A DNA stretch of 63,321 bases, the filler included, from Reticulomyxa filosa (lineage: Eukaryota; Protista; Foraminifera): assembly GCA_000512085.1 (NCBI GenBank). It is 15 parts of 15 records of this genome, joined end to end, with 100 filler letters (N's around TTAATTAATTAA, not from the genome) between each part and the next. Parts side by side here need not be neighbours in the genome. Positions count along the whole stretch, not along the records: positions 21,657 to 28,717 come from ASPP01016691.1; positions 28,818 to 30,220 come from ASPP01025231.1; positions 30,321 to 31,791 come from ASPP01013483.1; positions 31,892 to 38,797 come from ASPP01007276.1; 11 more parts are not named here. One strand, 5' to 3'. Each line of letters opens with the position of its first letter. Positions within the stretch are counted from its first letter, which is position 1. The position numbers were made by a program, and so were the translations under genes. The notes under the pieces were generated by a model. It was not told the origin of the DNA, made no database searches, and worked only from the letters and a program-made list of their open reading frames with translations. This document shows, piece after piece, positions 24,964 through 38,700 of this stretch.

Positions 24964-26676
24964 TTAAGAATTGGGACCATTATAAGTTGGAAACGTTTTA
25001 TTTTGAAGAAACATTTGAAACATTACCAAAGATTGTTTTGGTTTGTATTGAGGTACCATATGCCCCGCTCCTCGAACAGTAGCATAAGTGAAATTTAAGC
25101 TCGGGTTGTCAGTTGCATAAACTTGGACATAGCCTCCCATGAGCGTTTGTCCATTAGTGGTCCAAGGACGAAACGCCTCAATAATGGGATAGCCCAGTCC
25201 CATGGTCCACTCATAACCACCGTTATAAGGCACACTCGAATCGACATCACCAAAATAAATAAGGATGCGATATTTATTGACCCACTGTTGATAGTAAGGA
25301 ATTAAATTCGTTTGGGTCTTTGTATATCTGGGCCAACGTCCGTCCCTCCACGCCCAAACCATATCTTCCGGAACGTGGATAGCTTGCTTTACTTCTTTTT
25401 TATTCAAATAGATACTCATCGTTCGTTCCCCTCCACACACATAAGGATTATTGTATGTACTATACCATCCATTGTTAGCAGAGGATGACGACGACCCAAA
25501 TATTGCGCTCATGTCCATATATTGTCGGCCATTGAATCCCATTTTCAAACTCGGACCCACCGTAGACATTGCATCATCACCTAACATTGCATATGCATAT
25601 ATGTATATGTATATGCATATGCACATAATATGAATTAGTTTATTTATTTATATAATCGAGTAACAAACAGTAGGCAACCTTGCAAAAAGCACGTATCATA
25701 AATGTCATAAACGTTATATCCACCCAAAATCAATTCTCCATGAACAGCTAAAGCGTCGCATGTGGAATCATATTCCCACGTGCCATTGTAATATTTTTCA
25801 TAACAGCCTGTTTGTTTTGTATACTGATACAGGTCGTTGGAGATTTGTCCGTGTCCCCACATGAAGTCGATAAATAATCCAACCTGGTCAATACCACAAG
25901 CACCTTTGTTTCCAATTCCCATACATCCATCCCCAACACCAAAGCCTTGCAACGAGGGTACACTTGTATTGCTTCCGGCATATTTTTCAATTTCCATTAC
26001 TAGCGTTGGAACATAAATTCCTTGTTTATGTGACATTTGATATTTACATGTGTTCTTTTTTGAGTATATGTGTATGCACGTACATTCACTTCATACCTGC
26101 ATATGATTCACCAAAAACATAAAAATCGTTCGTTTGAAACTCGGGATACTTGGAAAAAAATACATTCAGAATGTTGTAGTTGTCTTGTGCAACGCTTGAA
26201 TCATTCCAATGAGGACACAATAAACCTGGGTCTTGATTCACCACTGGGTCATCAGGATCCCCACAAAATGAAAAACCTACTCCCCCTGGCATTTCCAAAT
26301 ATAATATGTTTGCTACTTTAGTCCACGTATAATTGTTATAGAATAACACTGGGATATCTGTTGTGTTCAATTCCACGGAATAGTCGTTGGTATGAAATGG
26401 ACCATGCTCGACAAAGTAACCCAGCAACGAACTTGCTCCTGGACCACCATTGTACCAAACTACAAATGGGTCCTTTTGTGGCTCGTTTTCGCTTTGCACT
26501 AACCAATAATGATAGTAACGAGGCACCCCATCGTTGTTTGGAAGCTCTAATAATCCCGAGTATTGTTTTGACGGCAAAGATCCGTTCCAGCCAGGTAATT
26601 CTGTCACTAAATCGCTGTCAATTGCCCCCCATGAGCGATTCAATAAAAACAACAACGTCACTAGTGCAAGAAACAT
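24964..26676 (-). CDS. Serine carboxypeptidase, family S10, secreted; 3 exons
   Basis: Signal peptide, VTELPG, WYNGGPGASS, GESYAG (Ser), GDVDSSVP (Asp), VRGAGHMVP (His). Confidence 0.93.
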
Positions 26677-27812
26677 TATTTTTTTTACCCCCTTTCGAAA
26701 CAGACGTCCGTATTAACCGCCTAAAAAAGGGCAATATTTAGCGTTGCTCGTTTAAGTGCGTTGGGTATATCGAAATTTGTTTACGAAATTTAAAAAAATT
26801 TTGCGAGGTGGCTTCAGCAAAAACAATAAACTTTTAATTTACATACATTTACACATTAAAATATTATCTCAAACACAATTTTTCAATAATAATAACAAAA
26901 TCATTCGGAATATCATTTCATGATTTGCTATCTATTGTAAAACACACATTCTGTTTTTAGAGAACATTACACGCAACCTCACAAAACACAAAAAAAGAAT
27001 GAAACATTTTCAGAAGAGGTGTCAGTTGCTGTATTCATCAGAAAAAATCAGCACTGAAAAAAAAGCAAAATTATCATCATAAAGAAAGATTTTTATGCGT
27101 TCTTACCGAGCATTTGTTTCCTTGTTTTGGCTATTTTTTTCCGCTTGTTGCCTTTTGTTCTGTTTTAATCACAACAAAATTGTTTCAAATAAAAAAATTT
27201 TTAGTGCGCTTTTTCTTTTTTTTTTTTGCACAATAAAGAGACTTCACTTGGTAAAATTAAACTTCGTTCCTAAACAATTCAAAATGTTAGCAAACATTAA
27301 ATTCCATTTATTGCTTTGTAAAAATTTTAAAAAAGTCTTCTTTTGTAAAGGGAATTTTAACTTTTAGGGGCTAAACTGCACTGCGTGTGGTAGTGGCCAG
27401 TCTTAAAAAAAGAGGATGCCAACGTACTAATGGCCTTCATACGCAAAGCCACTTCAGGATTAACGTTTAAACAAATCTTGAATGGAGCTCCCATAAATTG
27501 AACTAAAGATTTCTGAATAAAGCCTACATTAAGAACTCAAGATCTTATAGAAAGCATGCAAATTAATACATGAAGCCTTCAAGATTACATAACTGAACAT
27601 TTAGAGGAAAGTGGACTAATGAGAATTTGAATCAGTTTATTTATCAGGCTTTTTTTTAATATTATAACTCAAATGATCAAGACTATTGTACTTTGTACTT
27701 GAAAAGCCGCAAATGTGCAGTCATTGCGAATGGATGTCTTTCTCCGCATTTTTTTTACGACTTGGAAGTAGAGTCAAAAAAAAGAAAGGGGGGAGAAAGG
27801 GTAGGGAAAGAG

Positions 27813-28669
27813 TCACTCTTTTTCTTTCGATTCCGATTCCGCATTAGAAGTAGTGGAAGTGGATTGACTTTCTTTCCAAGGCTTTAACAAATTCAAGCAC
27901 TCACCTTGGAAATAAATATTTGCCAAGTCATAAGCAGTTTCTTTTTCAGCAGTGTTTGTTCGGATTGACAAGTTGATGCCTTTTTGGATCAAGTATTGCA
28001 AAATGGCATGACAGCCACGTTCAGCACATTCGTGGGCCAAGGTACGACCATCTTTGTTCTGATAATTTAGATCGAGATGTCCCTGCTCAACTAAATAGCG
28101 AATACAGTCAAGCTTTTGATGAGCCACCGCTAAGAACGCAGCATTCATCCCCCATTTGTCGCCTACATTCACATCCACTTGGCAATGCTTTTGCAAAAAC
28201 GCCAGCAGCAGTACCTCGTTATAAGGCGCAGCAACTGCCCAATAAGCCAAGTTTCGGTTGTCCCGATCTTTGTACTGAAAGTCGATCCCTTTGATATCTT
28301 TGATCGCTATTAGATAATCAAGCTCCTTTTTTTTTTTTTAAAAAAAAAAAAAAAGTGTGACGTATTGTTATACGTATAATTCAACAGATCCTCCCCCCCC
28401 CCCTTCTTTTTACCTATCATAACAAAGTACTGATGAAAAGGGATCCCTCGAAATCCTTGCGCCATGTCAACTGTCGGCGAAGACAACACTTCCCTTATCA
28501 TGTGCGAACCGTAGGTTCGTGTCAAGTCGAGGATATATGGCAGTATCGATTGACAGTCAATTCCAAACTGACACATCATTCGAACACGTACTATGTCATT
28601 CTTGGCCAGACTTTTCTTCAAATGAATTAACAAATCTACTGCCTTTGGGTTTAAGAAAACTACTCCCAC
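27813..28669 (-). CDS. Ankyrin-repeat protein (3' exons)
   Basis: DKWGMNAAFLAV, NKDGRTLAHECAERG, KETAYDLA. Confidence 0.8.
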
Positions 28670-28849
28670 TGTTTTTTTTTTTTTTTTTTATTTTTTGACT
28701 ATGTACTGTTCGTCTTGNNNNNNNNNNNNNNNNNNNNNNNNNNNNNNNNNNNNNNNNNNNNTTAATTAATTAANNNNNNNNNNNNNNNNNNNNNNNNNNN
28801 NNNNNNNNNNNNNNNNNAAAAATAATAAAAAAGGCTCAATCTTTCAAAA

Positions 28850-30150
28850 AGACAGCAACCCGGCAGATAGAGACTCCTCGCTACAAGGCGAGAATTTACA
28901 AGGAAGCACAGAAAAATATGCAAATGTAACAAAAACAACGACGACAACAACGACGACAACAACGACAACAACGACGACGACAACAAGACAGCCAACCAAG
29001 CGTCCAACCAGAAAACCCACACAAGTTCCAACATTTGATTTCAAGGATCTGTCATTAGTGTATGAGCACTTGCAATCGAATGACAAAGTAAGTGTAACAT
29101 TTGCATATATACATATACACATATATATGTTATATATGCATATGTATGTATACATATATATATGTATATGCATATATATGTATGCACATGTATACGTACA
29201 TATATACATAAAACATAAGCATGCATACAGCACTTGATATACACATAAGAGCGTGTGTAATATTGTGAACAAAGTTTGCGCCGCTTGTGTTGACACGTGT
29301 ATACTACGACGAAGTGCAAGTGGGCGAGATAGAAGGATTGAACCGGTATCGAGTGTCGTACCCGAGACAAAGCGAGGAGTGGAGTGCGATGAGAGTGGTG
29401 AAGGCAGAGGAGATGAAGGAATTGAACGAGAAGGCGAGGACAGTCCGTTACGCGACGAACGAGTATCATCGACTGTGTATGGAATATGAGTACAATAGCA
29501 ACAATGGGATGACGAATGTGCCATTGGTGATAGACGTGGATTTCATTCATATGGATATGGAAAAGGGTTTTGATCGATTGGTTGTGCGTCACATGAACGC
29601 GACATGGGAAGATACGGTGCAAAGTTTTTCGGGTAACGTGATTCCCAATTCGTTACACTTTTGGATAGAGAATAAGGAGAAGGAACAGGATAAGGAAAAG
29701 GAAAAGGATTCGCATACGAGCAAGACGATTTGTTTGGAAATCTTTTCTGACGAAAGCGTGGTTGCAACTGGCTTCGTCGTGCAATTGGCCGTGCGCGTGG
29801 ACGCATGCGAGTACGTAGCGCACTACGACGACACTACCAACCTGGACGACTCATTGTTACCTGTCAGTCTTAATCCTTTCCTGGTCCAATCGCGAGCCAA
29901 TCTCGAGAGATGGAACCAGCCTATCCATAGCGATCCTCACTGCTACACGCAGAACACTGTGGGAGCTCACTGGAACCGCGGTCCCTTTTTCGATGGCAAG
30001 TGCGGCGTCGGTATTTCGCAATACGATAGAACAGGGAAATTTCTGGCCCCTTTTCCTTCTTTTTTTTCTTCCGTTCCTTCTGGATTTGTCAATTGCACTG
30101 AAGAAATGCATATTTCCGTCGGACCTCAATTTTGCACCAAGCGTCCATGG
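28850..30150 (+). CDS. Extracellular protein fragment: Thr-rich mucin-like stalk, CUB-like domain, Cys-rich region
   Basis: Exon with TKTTTTTT..RQPTKRPTRKPTQVPT; next exon DFIHMDMEKGFDRLVV..FSGNVIP..CLEIFSDESVVATGF fits the CUB pattern. Confidence 0.6.
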
Positions 30151-30320
30151 TTCTTTTTTTTTAATTTATTTATTTATTTTTTTTTTAATAAAAATAATAA
30201 AAATAATAAAAATAATAAAANNNNNNNNNNNNNNNNNNNNNNNNNNNNNNNNNNNNNNNNNNNNTTAATTAATTAANNNNNNNNNNNNNNNNNNNNNNNN
30301 NNNNNNNNNNNNNNNNNNNN

Positions 30321-31560
30321 AGAGAGAGAGAGAGAGAGACGTACCCGAATGACAGAGTATCCTTTTGATATGGATATGGTCATGACCGTTATTATTATTA
30401 TTGTGATTGTGATTGTGATTGTGATGATGGATGGGCAAAGAAGAAGAAGAAGAAGAAGAAGAAGGATCATACGTTGGATTGGACTTGGTGACAGTGGAAA
30501 GTGGCAAATGCAAAGAGGAAGAGGGGTGAAGTGGACTGTGAGGAAAAGAACTTGTTTTGCTCTTTTCGAAAGCAAAGTCGGAGCTATTGTCCAACACACT
30601 GTGCATGGGATGACGCGATGCGGCGGGCGACGTGGACGAGGTCTGCACAAGGACGGGCACAGACATGGTGTCCATGTCATGAGACGACAAGGCGAGATTG
30701 GATGGATTGGTTGGTTTGGATTGCTTCTTGTCATTGCCGTTCCAATGGATGATGACGGGGCTGTGTCGAACTACTGACACCGTTGGCTCCTCGCTTGCTC
30801 TTTTGTCCACCGGCGTTTGCGACAGCAGTATTGTGTCGTCCATTCGTATCGTCGTCATTGACTCGTCGTCCTTTTCCTCTTTCTTTTTCTTCGTTTTCTT
30901 CCCAACTTTTTTGTGTTCGTTGATTCCCCATTCGCTCATCGCATTGACAAGTAGTTGATCATCTTCTTCATTCTGAGTGCGACTGTGGCTATGGTTATGA
31001 CTATTATTATGGTTATTATTATGGTTATGGTTATGGTTGTTATTGTGATTGCGATGACTGTGACTAGGTCTATGATCATGACCATGATCATGTCCGTGGT
31101 CATGACTGTGCTCATGACTGTGCTCATGACTGTGCTCATGATCATAATTTTGATTGTAATTGTAATGCTTATGTCCATTATGATAACTACCTTCCTTCAT
31201 ACTCATATCCATTTCATTCGACAAATTCCACTGCTTTTGTAACAGGGACCTACGCTTGAATAACGACCCCTCTGACACCTGCTCTCGCTCATACGTCGTC
31301 ATCCCACTTCGATTATACTCCTTACTCTCTTCTCTATCATCCCCTCTCTCCATATTCCCAGCTTCGTCCTCATCTTTGTCTTTGCTCGTCGTCATATACA
31401 TACTTGTCTCGTGCGGCATCGCCGGCTTGTATGCTTTTCCTGTCTTTGCTTTTACGTCCGTGTCATTCACATATGACCTACCTGGAGACATCAATCGTCG
31501 ACTCCCTGTTCCGGACACTTGGTACTGTCCTAGATACATTTGGGAACCTGAAATTTTACT
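30321..31560 (-). CDS. Internal exon of a His/Asn/Ser-rich low-complexity protein
   Basis: ~400-codon open frame with HEHS/HDHG/HN repeats, poly-S and a KKTKKKKEE stretch. Confidence 0.55.
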
Positions 31561-31982
31561 TTTTCCTCTGTATTCTCACACAATATCCCGTTCCCCATTC
31601 AATCCATCATCACGCACTTATATTTTCCCCCCTCCCCCCCCCCCACTAGCTCCACAACTGTTGAAAAAACGTTGCTTGGAAAATAAAAAGTAAATTGACT
31701 AAAAAAAAAAAAATGCCACATTTTCACTGCGGCAACACATTATTAACTTTTTAAATGGATTAAAAATTGAAATGTAATAGAATATTGATTANNNNNNNNN
31801 NNNNNNNNNNNNNNNNNNNNNNNNNNNNNNNNNNNTTAATTAATTAANNNNNNNNNNNNNNNNNNNNNNNNNNNNNNNNNNNNNNNNNNNNTTTTTTTTT
31901 TTTGCTTGTTTCTCTTTCTGTTACTACTCCACGGAAGTAAGTATACACAAGTGTATTATTTGTATATATGCACGCACGCAGC

Positions 31983-33100
31983 AAGGGAGGTACAAATCAA
32001 GAAAGAGGTAATGGAATGTGTAGTATGCTTCGAAGAAATTGAAAACCCTTATGTTACACCTTGCAATCACTTATTCTGCTTTGCATGCATTTCTGCATGG
32101 ATTTCAGACCGACAAAACTGTCCACTTTGCCGAACGTTAATTTTTTTTTTCTGATATAAGTATTTGCATATTTAAAATGTGATATTTTCTTGATTAGGCC
32201 AACCAAAAGCGCCGATGAATTGAGAAAATACGAAGTAAAAGAAGAGGAGACAGAACCTAAGAGTGCAATCACCCCATTTGCACCTGAAATCGTTTTCGAC
32301 TCTAAATTAGAACGTTTTATTAAAGAAATCAAAAAAATACGAACTGAAAAGCCAGACGACAAAATCTTGGTGTTTACAATGTTAAGAAAAAACATTTCTA
32401 TTATCAAGCAAAAATAGAGCCACACTCACCAACTTCTTCCCCTCTTTCCTTCCATGACTCTAAAACTTGTGTTGAAAGGTTTCAAGAATGTGCACGATCC
32501 ATAATTGAAGAATTGAAAAAAATTGGTGTTAAGTATGGAACTGTAGGCGCTTCAATGAACGCTTCTCAGAGGGAAAATGCATTGCAACAATTCAAAAGTG
32601 ATCCCCTTGCGGTAGTGTTCATTCTTACCATTCGGACTGGCGCCGTTGGAGTTATCAAACATTTGTTTTGTCTTAAGTCTGAAAGCGTAGTTTCACGACA
32701 CTACATGAAAAGGAACAGAGGGGATTCGGAAGAAAGAAAACAAAGGGATTGTTTTTATTTCAACAGCTAAATTTTGGTGTGAATGAACTAAATTATTTTT
32801 ATGGATTAGGTGACTCTAACTTCGGCGAATCATGTATTTTTAATGGTATGCAAAAACGGTTAATAGAATCAAAACCACAATAACAAACAGAGATTGTTTT
32901 ATGAATTGTCATGTATAGGAACCACTCTGGAACGCTAAGACAGCCCAACAAGCTATAAATCGTGTTTACAGGTTAGGCCAAAAAAAAAAGTGTTTACATA
33001 CACTTTGATTATGGAAGATTCTGTGGAAGAAAAAATCCTTGAGCTTAACTCTTTTAATGAATCAACTCGTGAAAAAGTATTGAGTTATATATTCGATTGA
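31983..33100 (+). CDS. RAD5/RAD16-like SNF2 helicase with RING finger (C-terminal exons)
   Basis: RING CVVC..TPCNHLFCFACI..CPLCR; SKLERF..KILVF; QRENALQQF; GVTLTSANHVFLM|EPLWN..QQAINRVYRLGQ; 1-nt shift at the A10 run 32980-32989. Confidence 0.88.
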
Positions 33101-33441
33101 CATTTGTAAATTATTGTTCTTTGTGGCTTCTTTGTTCCTCGGATGGGAAAGATTTTTCTTTATTATCCGCTCCAAACTTTTTTTTGACATTTTAGTTGCA
33201 AAACAATCGCGTATCTTTTGCCTTTTTTTTGTGTAACTTTCTTAATCGAATCTTTTTTTGTATTTGGTTGCACTTTTATTTTTACTAACCCTTGAGTTAA
33301 ATTCTCAATGACCGTAATTTAAATTTTTCATACCGAAAACGTGAAAAGTTGTAAAAAATGTTGATTTTCAATTGAAATGTGAGTCTGAGGAAGGAATGGT
33401 TTTATTGTTGACAACAAATTTCAAAGTCAAACTCTCAATGG

Positions 33442-35934
33442 TCACACAAAAGAGAACACTTCAAAGTCATCTCCCATGCTTACAAATGGATCATCATCAA
33501 AGTCGATGCCCATGCCCATTCCCATACCCATACCCATTCCTCTGTAGCCCAACTCGTTCTGTCCGCTGCGTTGAGATATGGACGCTTGCAAGGTTTTAAC
33601 AGTTCGCACCCATCCGTCCATCGCGTTGTGTAACTTATCAGTTTCTGTGACAAAGTCTAAATCCAGCAACGAATTAATTTGATTGATTCGGCCATACACA
33701 GATCCATCCAAAATGGAATTTACTACCAAGTTTTCTACTTCCTCCATGGTAGCGTTCAAATGCTGGAAATGTAACAAAATGCAAGAAAAATGTATAAAAG
33801 AAGGGAAAGAGAAGAGAGGGAAAAAAGAGTAAACTTTACAAAGCCAATCCAATTTGACGCGCTTGTAGGGCTTTATCAAATTCACTAATACTCGTGAACG
33901 AAGGCGCAACTTTAATGCTGGTAAATGTTCCTCTATCAATTTTTTATTTTGCTCTTTCTTCACAAATGATACATTTTAAAAAATAATAATGTAAAAAAAA
34001 CAACACAAAAGAAGAAAAAAAAGAACTGATAAAAGTGTCATTGATGACAGCGCCTTTATCTTTTTCCAAGGTCTTGTCAAACAAAGTAATGTCATCTTTT
34101 TCAAAAGCATCTAGCAATGTGCGCATTGGAATAATTTCAGAATTATTTTCTAACACTCGGGCTTCTTGAGAAGCAAAGGGATTTCTTTCCAAATCGCATA
34201 ACATGCTTGCTAAAATGACATACCTTTCGTGTATTTGTTTTTGTGAGTCTAGTGATTATCTCAAATGTTTCTTTTCCCCTCAATTTATCCAAAAACTGTG
34301 CAAGTTTTGTTTCGAACAAAACTTCAAACAAGATTTGGCATTGACATTTCCAATATCTTGATACATCTTAAACGCTTCAAAAAAGTTGTTATAAGCTTCG
34401 TCCCAGTTATTCATTGACGCATACATTTTGCCCCAGCACCTATAACACAGAATGAGAAGACAATACCATTTTTATGTGAACTTGATATCGTTTATGTTTT
34501 ATCAAGATTCCATTTTTTTTTTCTCCCCCACTCAACTCTTTGATAACGGACATTGCCTTAGGTTCATTGATATCCGTGCTCAGTTTGCTGGTTCTTTGAA
34601 ACAATTCCTGTAGCATTTTTCAAAGTCACACAACCACAATCTTTTTGACAAGGAACACACTCGTTACTCCTCTAATGACTGCTCCGAGTTTTGTCCTTTG
34701 GACATTGAGATCCCAAAGGGCTAAAAAAACGAGAAGAGAAACAAAGATAACAGCTACTAACATTCAATGCAACGCGATCATTTTTTGCGGACATCACTTG
34801 AATGCGGATGGCATAGATTTCCAATAGCTGTGAACCTTTGCTTCTGTCATCTTCGCCATCAGGAGTACGACAACTTGCATGCAGTTTATCCAATAACTTT
34901 TTTTTTTTTTAAACCCCAATCATGCACCACATACGAAGTTAATATATAATTACACGTGCGTTGCAACAAAAATGTTTCCTTCTTCAAAACACAAAATGAC
35001 AGAGACTAGTTAAAAAAAAAAAAAAAAAAAAATCAAACTTCGTTGCATTGCTTCAAGTTGCCACTGTCAAAATAGGTCTTGCATAATCGCATGGCGTATT
35101 CGAACCAAAATCTTGTGTCGCCTCTTTTGTGAAAGAAGTCCAAGGTGATTTCATACATTTTGGCTGATGCCGTGCTATTTGTCGATTCTTGAACTGCGTT
35201 CAATATTGTTCGAATGGCACCGTTCAAGTCATTAGGAGAAACTTGATCGGAATATCCCAACAATTTCGAGTAGTTTTGTACCATTTCATTCACTTGGCCC
35301 AATTGAAATTGTAACACCACCACATACTTTAAGGCAAGGAATCGTCTGTTTTGTTTTGTTTTGTTTTTCAGGGTTAAAAAAAAAACACAAAGCGAAATTT
35401 TGACGATTTTTTTTAATTACAACTACGTACCCTCATTCTGAACCTAAACTAATCTTTCCCTTTTTTTTTTGTTCGATTTTTTTTTATTTAGTACAAAACT
35501 TATCCACTTGTTTTGATTTTTCTTCTTCCAGTGTCACACATCGTTGGAACTTTTGCAAAGCGGATTTAGGGTCATCTTTGCGCTCACTCTCGGCTGTATA
35601 ATATAAATTTTCAACTTCTATTGTCCAATCCACTTCCTCTCCGCCGTTGTCTTCTTCGACTTGATCGGTTTGTGCTGTCTTATCCCAGTCATCCTCATTA
35701 TCATCGCCCCAGCCACCTGTATCATCTCCTCCTGCGCCCCAGTCATCATCACCCCCGGCGTCGTCACCCCATCCGTCATCTTTTGGCTTGTCATCTGCAC
35801 GTGTGTTTTAGTATTATTTTGTTTTCACTGTCTTTTCAACCTTCCGTTCCCAATCAAAGCTAAACCAACAAAACAATGTCAACACAAAGACAAAAATGTA
35901 ATTTTCAACTCTCCCAATCCTCATTGTCCGACAT
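33442..35934 (-). CDS. CSN2: COP9 signalosome subunit 2, multi-exon
   Basis: EVENLYY..KDDPKSALQKF, LHASCRTPDGEDDRSKGSQLLEIYAIRIQ, NPFASQEAR, PCI domain LIKPYKRVKL..EVENLVVNSILDGSVYGRINQ. Confidence 0.93.
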
Positions 35935-36572
35935 ATCTTCCTATTTGTGATTAAATTCAACTGCAAAAAGGCAAGGTTTTTTCCCTACAAAAGCTTCCAG
36001 TCGTTAAAGTACGGTTATTTAAGTCAAGCAACAGCTTTTCGAAACTTTAATCTTCGCTGTCAATTACTTTATTTAATTCACAATACGCTTGAATTAACTT
36101 CGAGCGTATCTTTAAATTTTTAAATCTCAATTCCAGAAAAAGACGGCATGTTTTTGACGCCGTTGTTATTTCCAAATCATGTTTTTGAATTAAAAAAGCT
36201 TTTTTGATTGCTCCATTTTTTTAATCATATTGTTTAGAGTTTTTTAAGCTTTGATTGCTTGCCTTGTGTTATAGACAACTACAATGTTACTGCTAAAGTT
36301 GTTCGTTGTTCACGACTAACAATTGATGTTTAGGAAAAATAATACAATACAATATGCCAATAAAAGTTAGAAATAGCATTCGCAAATACTTTTTCTTGTA
36401 TTTTTAAAAATATATTCGATAATCAAGCGAATGAAAGGTTTTTATTGGGGTCTTTAACGGAAAAAAAAGATGAGCAAATCAAATGATGATTGAGAAAATC
36501 GGTTGTTGAAGTATATATCCATTAGTTTTTTGCTTGTTTATTTATCTTTTTTTGGGAGACAAATAGTGATAA

Positions 36573-38700
36573 ATGAGCAAAGTTCGTAGTTTCTTTACAA
36601 GTTTCTTTGGTCGAAACAATGAGAAAGAAAAGGTGTTATTGTCAACACCAGACGGCAGTCTTTTTCATTCATTGATTTTGACATACAACCGTATTTTTGA
36701 AAAATCGCAGGAATCTGAGAAAGGCCAGCCATCGAACAAAGAGAAAGTTAAATATTAGCCCATAGCATTGGCATGGGATTATTCGATTCGACAAATGCAT
36801 TTCCACATGATAATAAATATATGATGACCTTACATAAAAACAGGAGAGCATACATATACTTAAAAAAAAAAAAAAAAAAATTGGAATAGGCAGCAGTGAT
36901 CGATACACCTCATTTGACGGCACCGAATGACAATGAAAATGTGTCAGGAGGTCATACAACAAATGTAAGCGAGCACGACCCAATGTCAATATTACTGCAA
37001 ATATTGAATGTCGCTCCCAAATTGTCGACAGAGCAAATGGAAGAAGAGTGTATCCAAAACGATTTACTGCAGTTTCTAAAACTAGTGTCCTATCAGTTTA
37101 CAAGTCACGTCTTGTCAGATGAAGAGCTGCTTCGGATTAAATTTCGAGATCCCCATTTAGTGACCTCCACGAGTTTGTTGAGCTCACAAGATCAGCTCGG
37201 CACTATCACAAATGCCTTTAACGAGCATGGTGCTTATGCGACTTTGTTGCATCTTCCCCTTCCAAAGTTATATATATATATATATATATACATATATATA
37301 TTATTTATTTATTATTGTTTGAATTGTTTATGATACCCCTTTTTTATTATATGGCATCCCGACAGCCCCAATGAACTGAAAAAATCACGCCATTTTGGCT
37401 TGTCGCAAAAAGTGCCCCGATCAATGACCAACGCAATGGATGGACTGAGTGAAGAGAATAATCCGAACAAAACCGGGGTGCAAAGGCCATCACAAAAGAC
37501 GTCCTCTTGGCAAATGGGGACTCAGACTCAGACTCAGACTCAGACTCCGACTCCAACGACAGTTCCAATTTCTTCAATCTCGTCCGTGCCGCACGCAGAG
37601 TCGGTTCAAGACTCCTCGCAGTTCCCCAATGTGACCATGTCGGATGTCACTAGTAGTGAAGTGGATGTGGACGTGGACAACAATAAAGACACGACAGCAA
37701 TAGCAATAGCAACAGCAACAGCAACAGTAACAACGGCGACAATGACAACAGAAACTATTGAAAAACAAAACACAATGACAAGTACGGAATCAACAAATAC
37801 CGGAAAAGTAAACAGCGAATCAAAGATTGAATGGAAGTTGTCCCGTGGAGCGAATCGGGATGTGTCGAATGACACAAAGGAAAGAAGTGAGAAGAAAGAG
37901 GAAGCAAAGGAAAGCAAGAAAGAGGAGAATGAAATGAACTGGTGGACGGTGGAACAAGAGACGTCGTATCATCAAAAGAAAGACATGTATTGTCGATTGA
38001 CCAATCCATTCCAATTCGATACAACCAATCCTTACGGAGCTCTGCTCTCTTTGTTTGAGCAATTGATGGTCGAGACGGAAACTGCACAGCACTTCAAAAT
38101 CAAACAAGAGCGAGTCGACGTGTTGAATCAGTTTGGATGCTTCGCGAGTTGCTTGTGGCGAATTTTGTCAATTGTCAGGTTAGTGTCACTGTGCTTCTTT
38201 TGTGTCTGTTGTCATTGTCGTATCATTGCATGAATGAAGGGATCAATGCGTGCTATATTGTATATGCTTGTGCCTATGTGTCATCATATGAATATTCTAG
38301 TCCATGCACAGTCAATGACAGGAAGGCGCTTCAGAAAAGAGACAAAGACTTGGGCGAGCATTTGCCAATATTATGCAATCGATTGTTACGATTAGCGCTG
38401 GAAGTTTGTAAATATTCCTCTTCTGCTTTGGAATTGGTGCGAAGCGAACAAATGCAATTCCTTTTCCTTACTTTACTGCTGCCTTGGACAGATCAACAGT
38501 ACGGCGAACAAAACAGCGTGTTTTCTCAATTGACGTCGTCCACCATCGCTTGTATTTTGATCAATACCTTCGCCATGGTCCAAGCCATTGCCCTGGATGA
38601 TGTACATCTTTTTCTGCATCATAATCAACTTATTACTTTCGTTTTGAAAACTTTGACTGCTAATCCACGTGCGGCTCTGCTTTTTTTTAAATACTCCCCC
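36573..38700 (+). CDS. Large hypothetical protein, 5' exons (3' truncated)
   Basis: Four GT-AG-linked GC-richer exons from MSKVRSFF; QT and AT dipeptide repeats; helical Leu-rich later exons; no family recognised. Confidence 0.55.

Noticed and set aside
29090-29260. (TA/CA/TG)n tracts here and at 17730-17770, 25590-25625, 41670-41750, 42665-42715 and 43030-43065
   Set aside because: Ordinary intronic microsatellites; the ORFs through them are spurious
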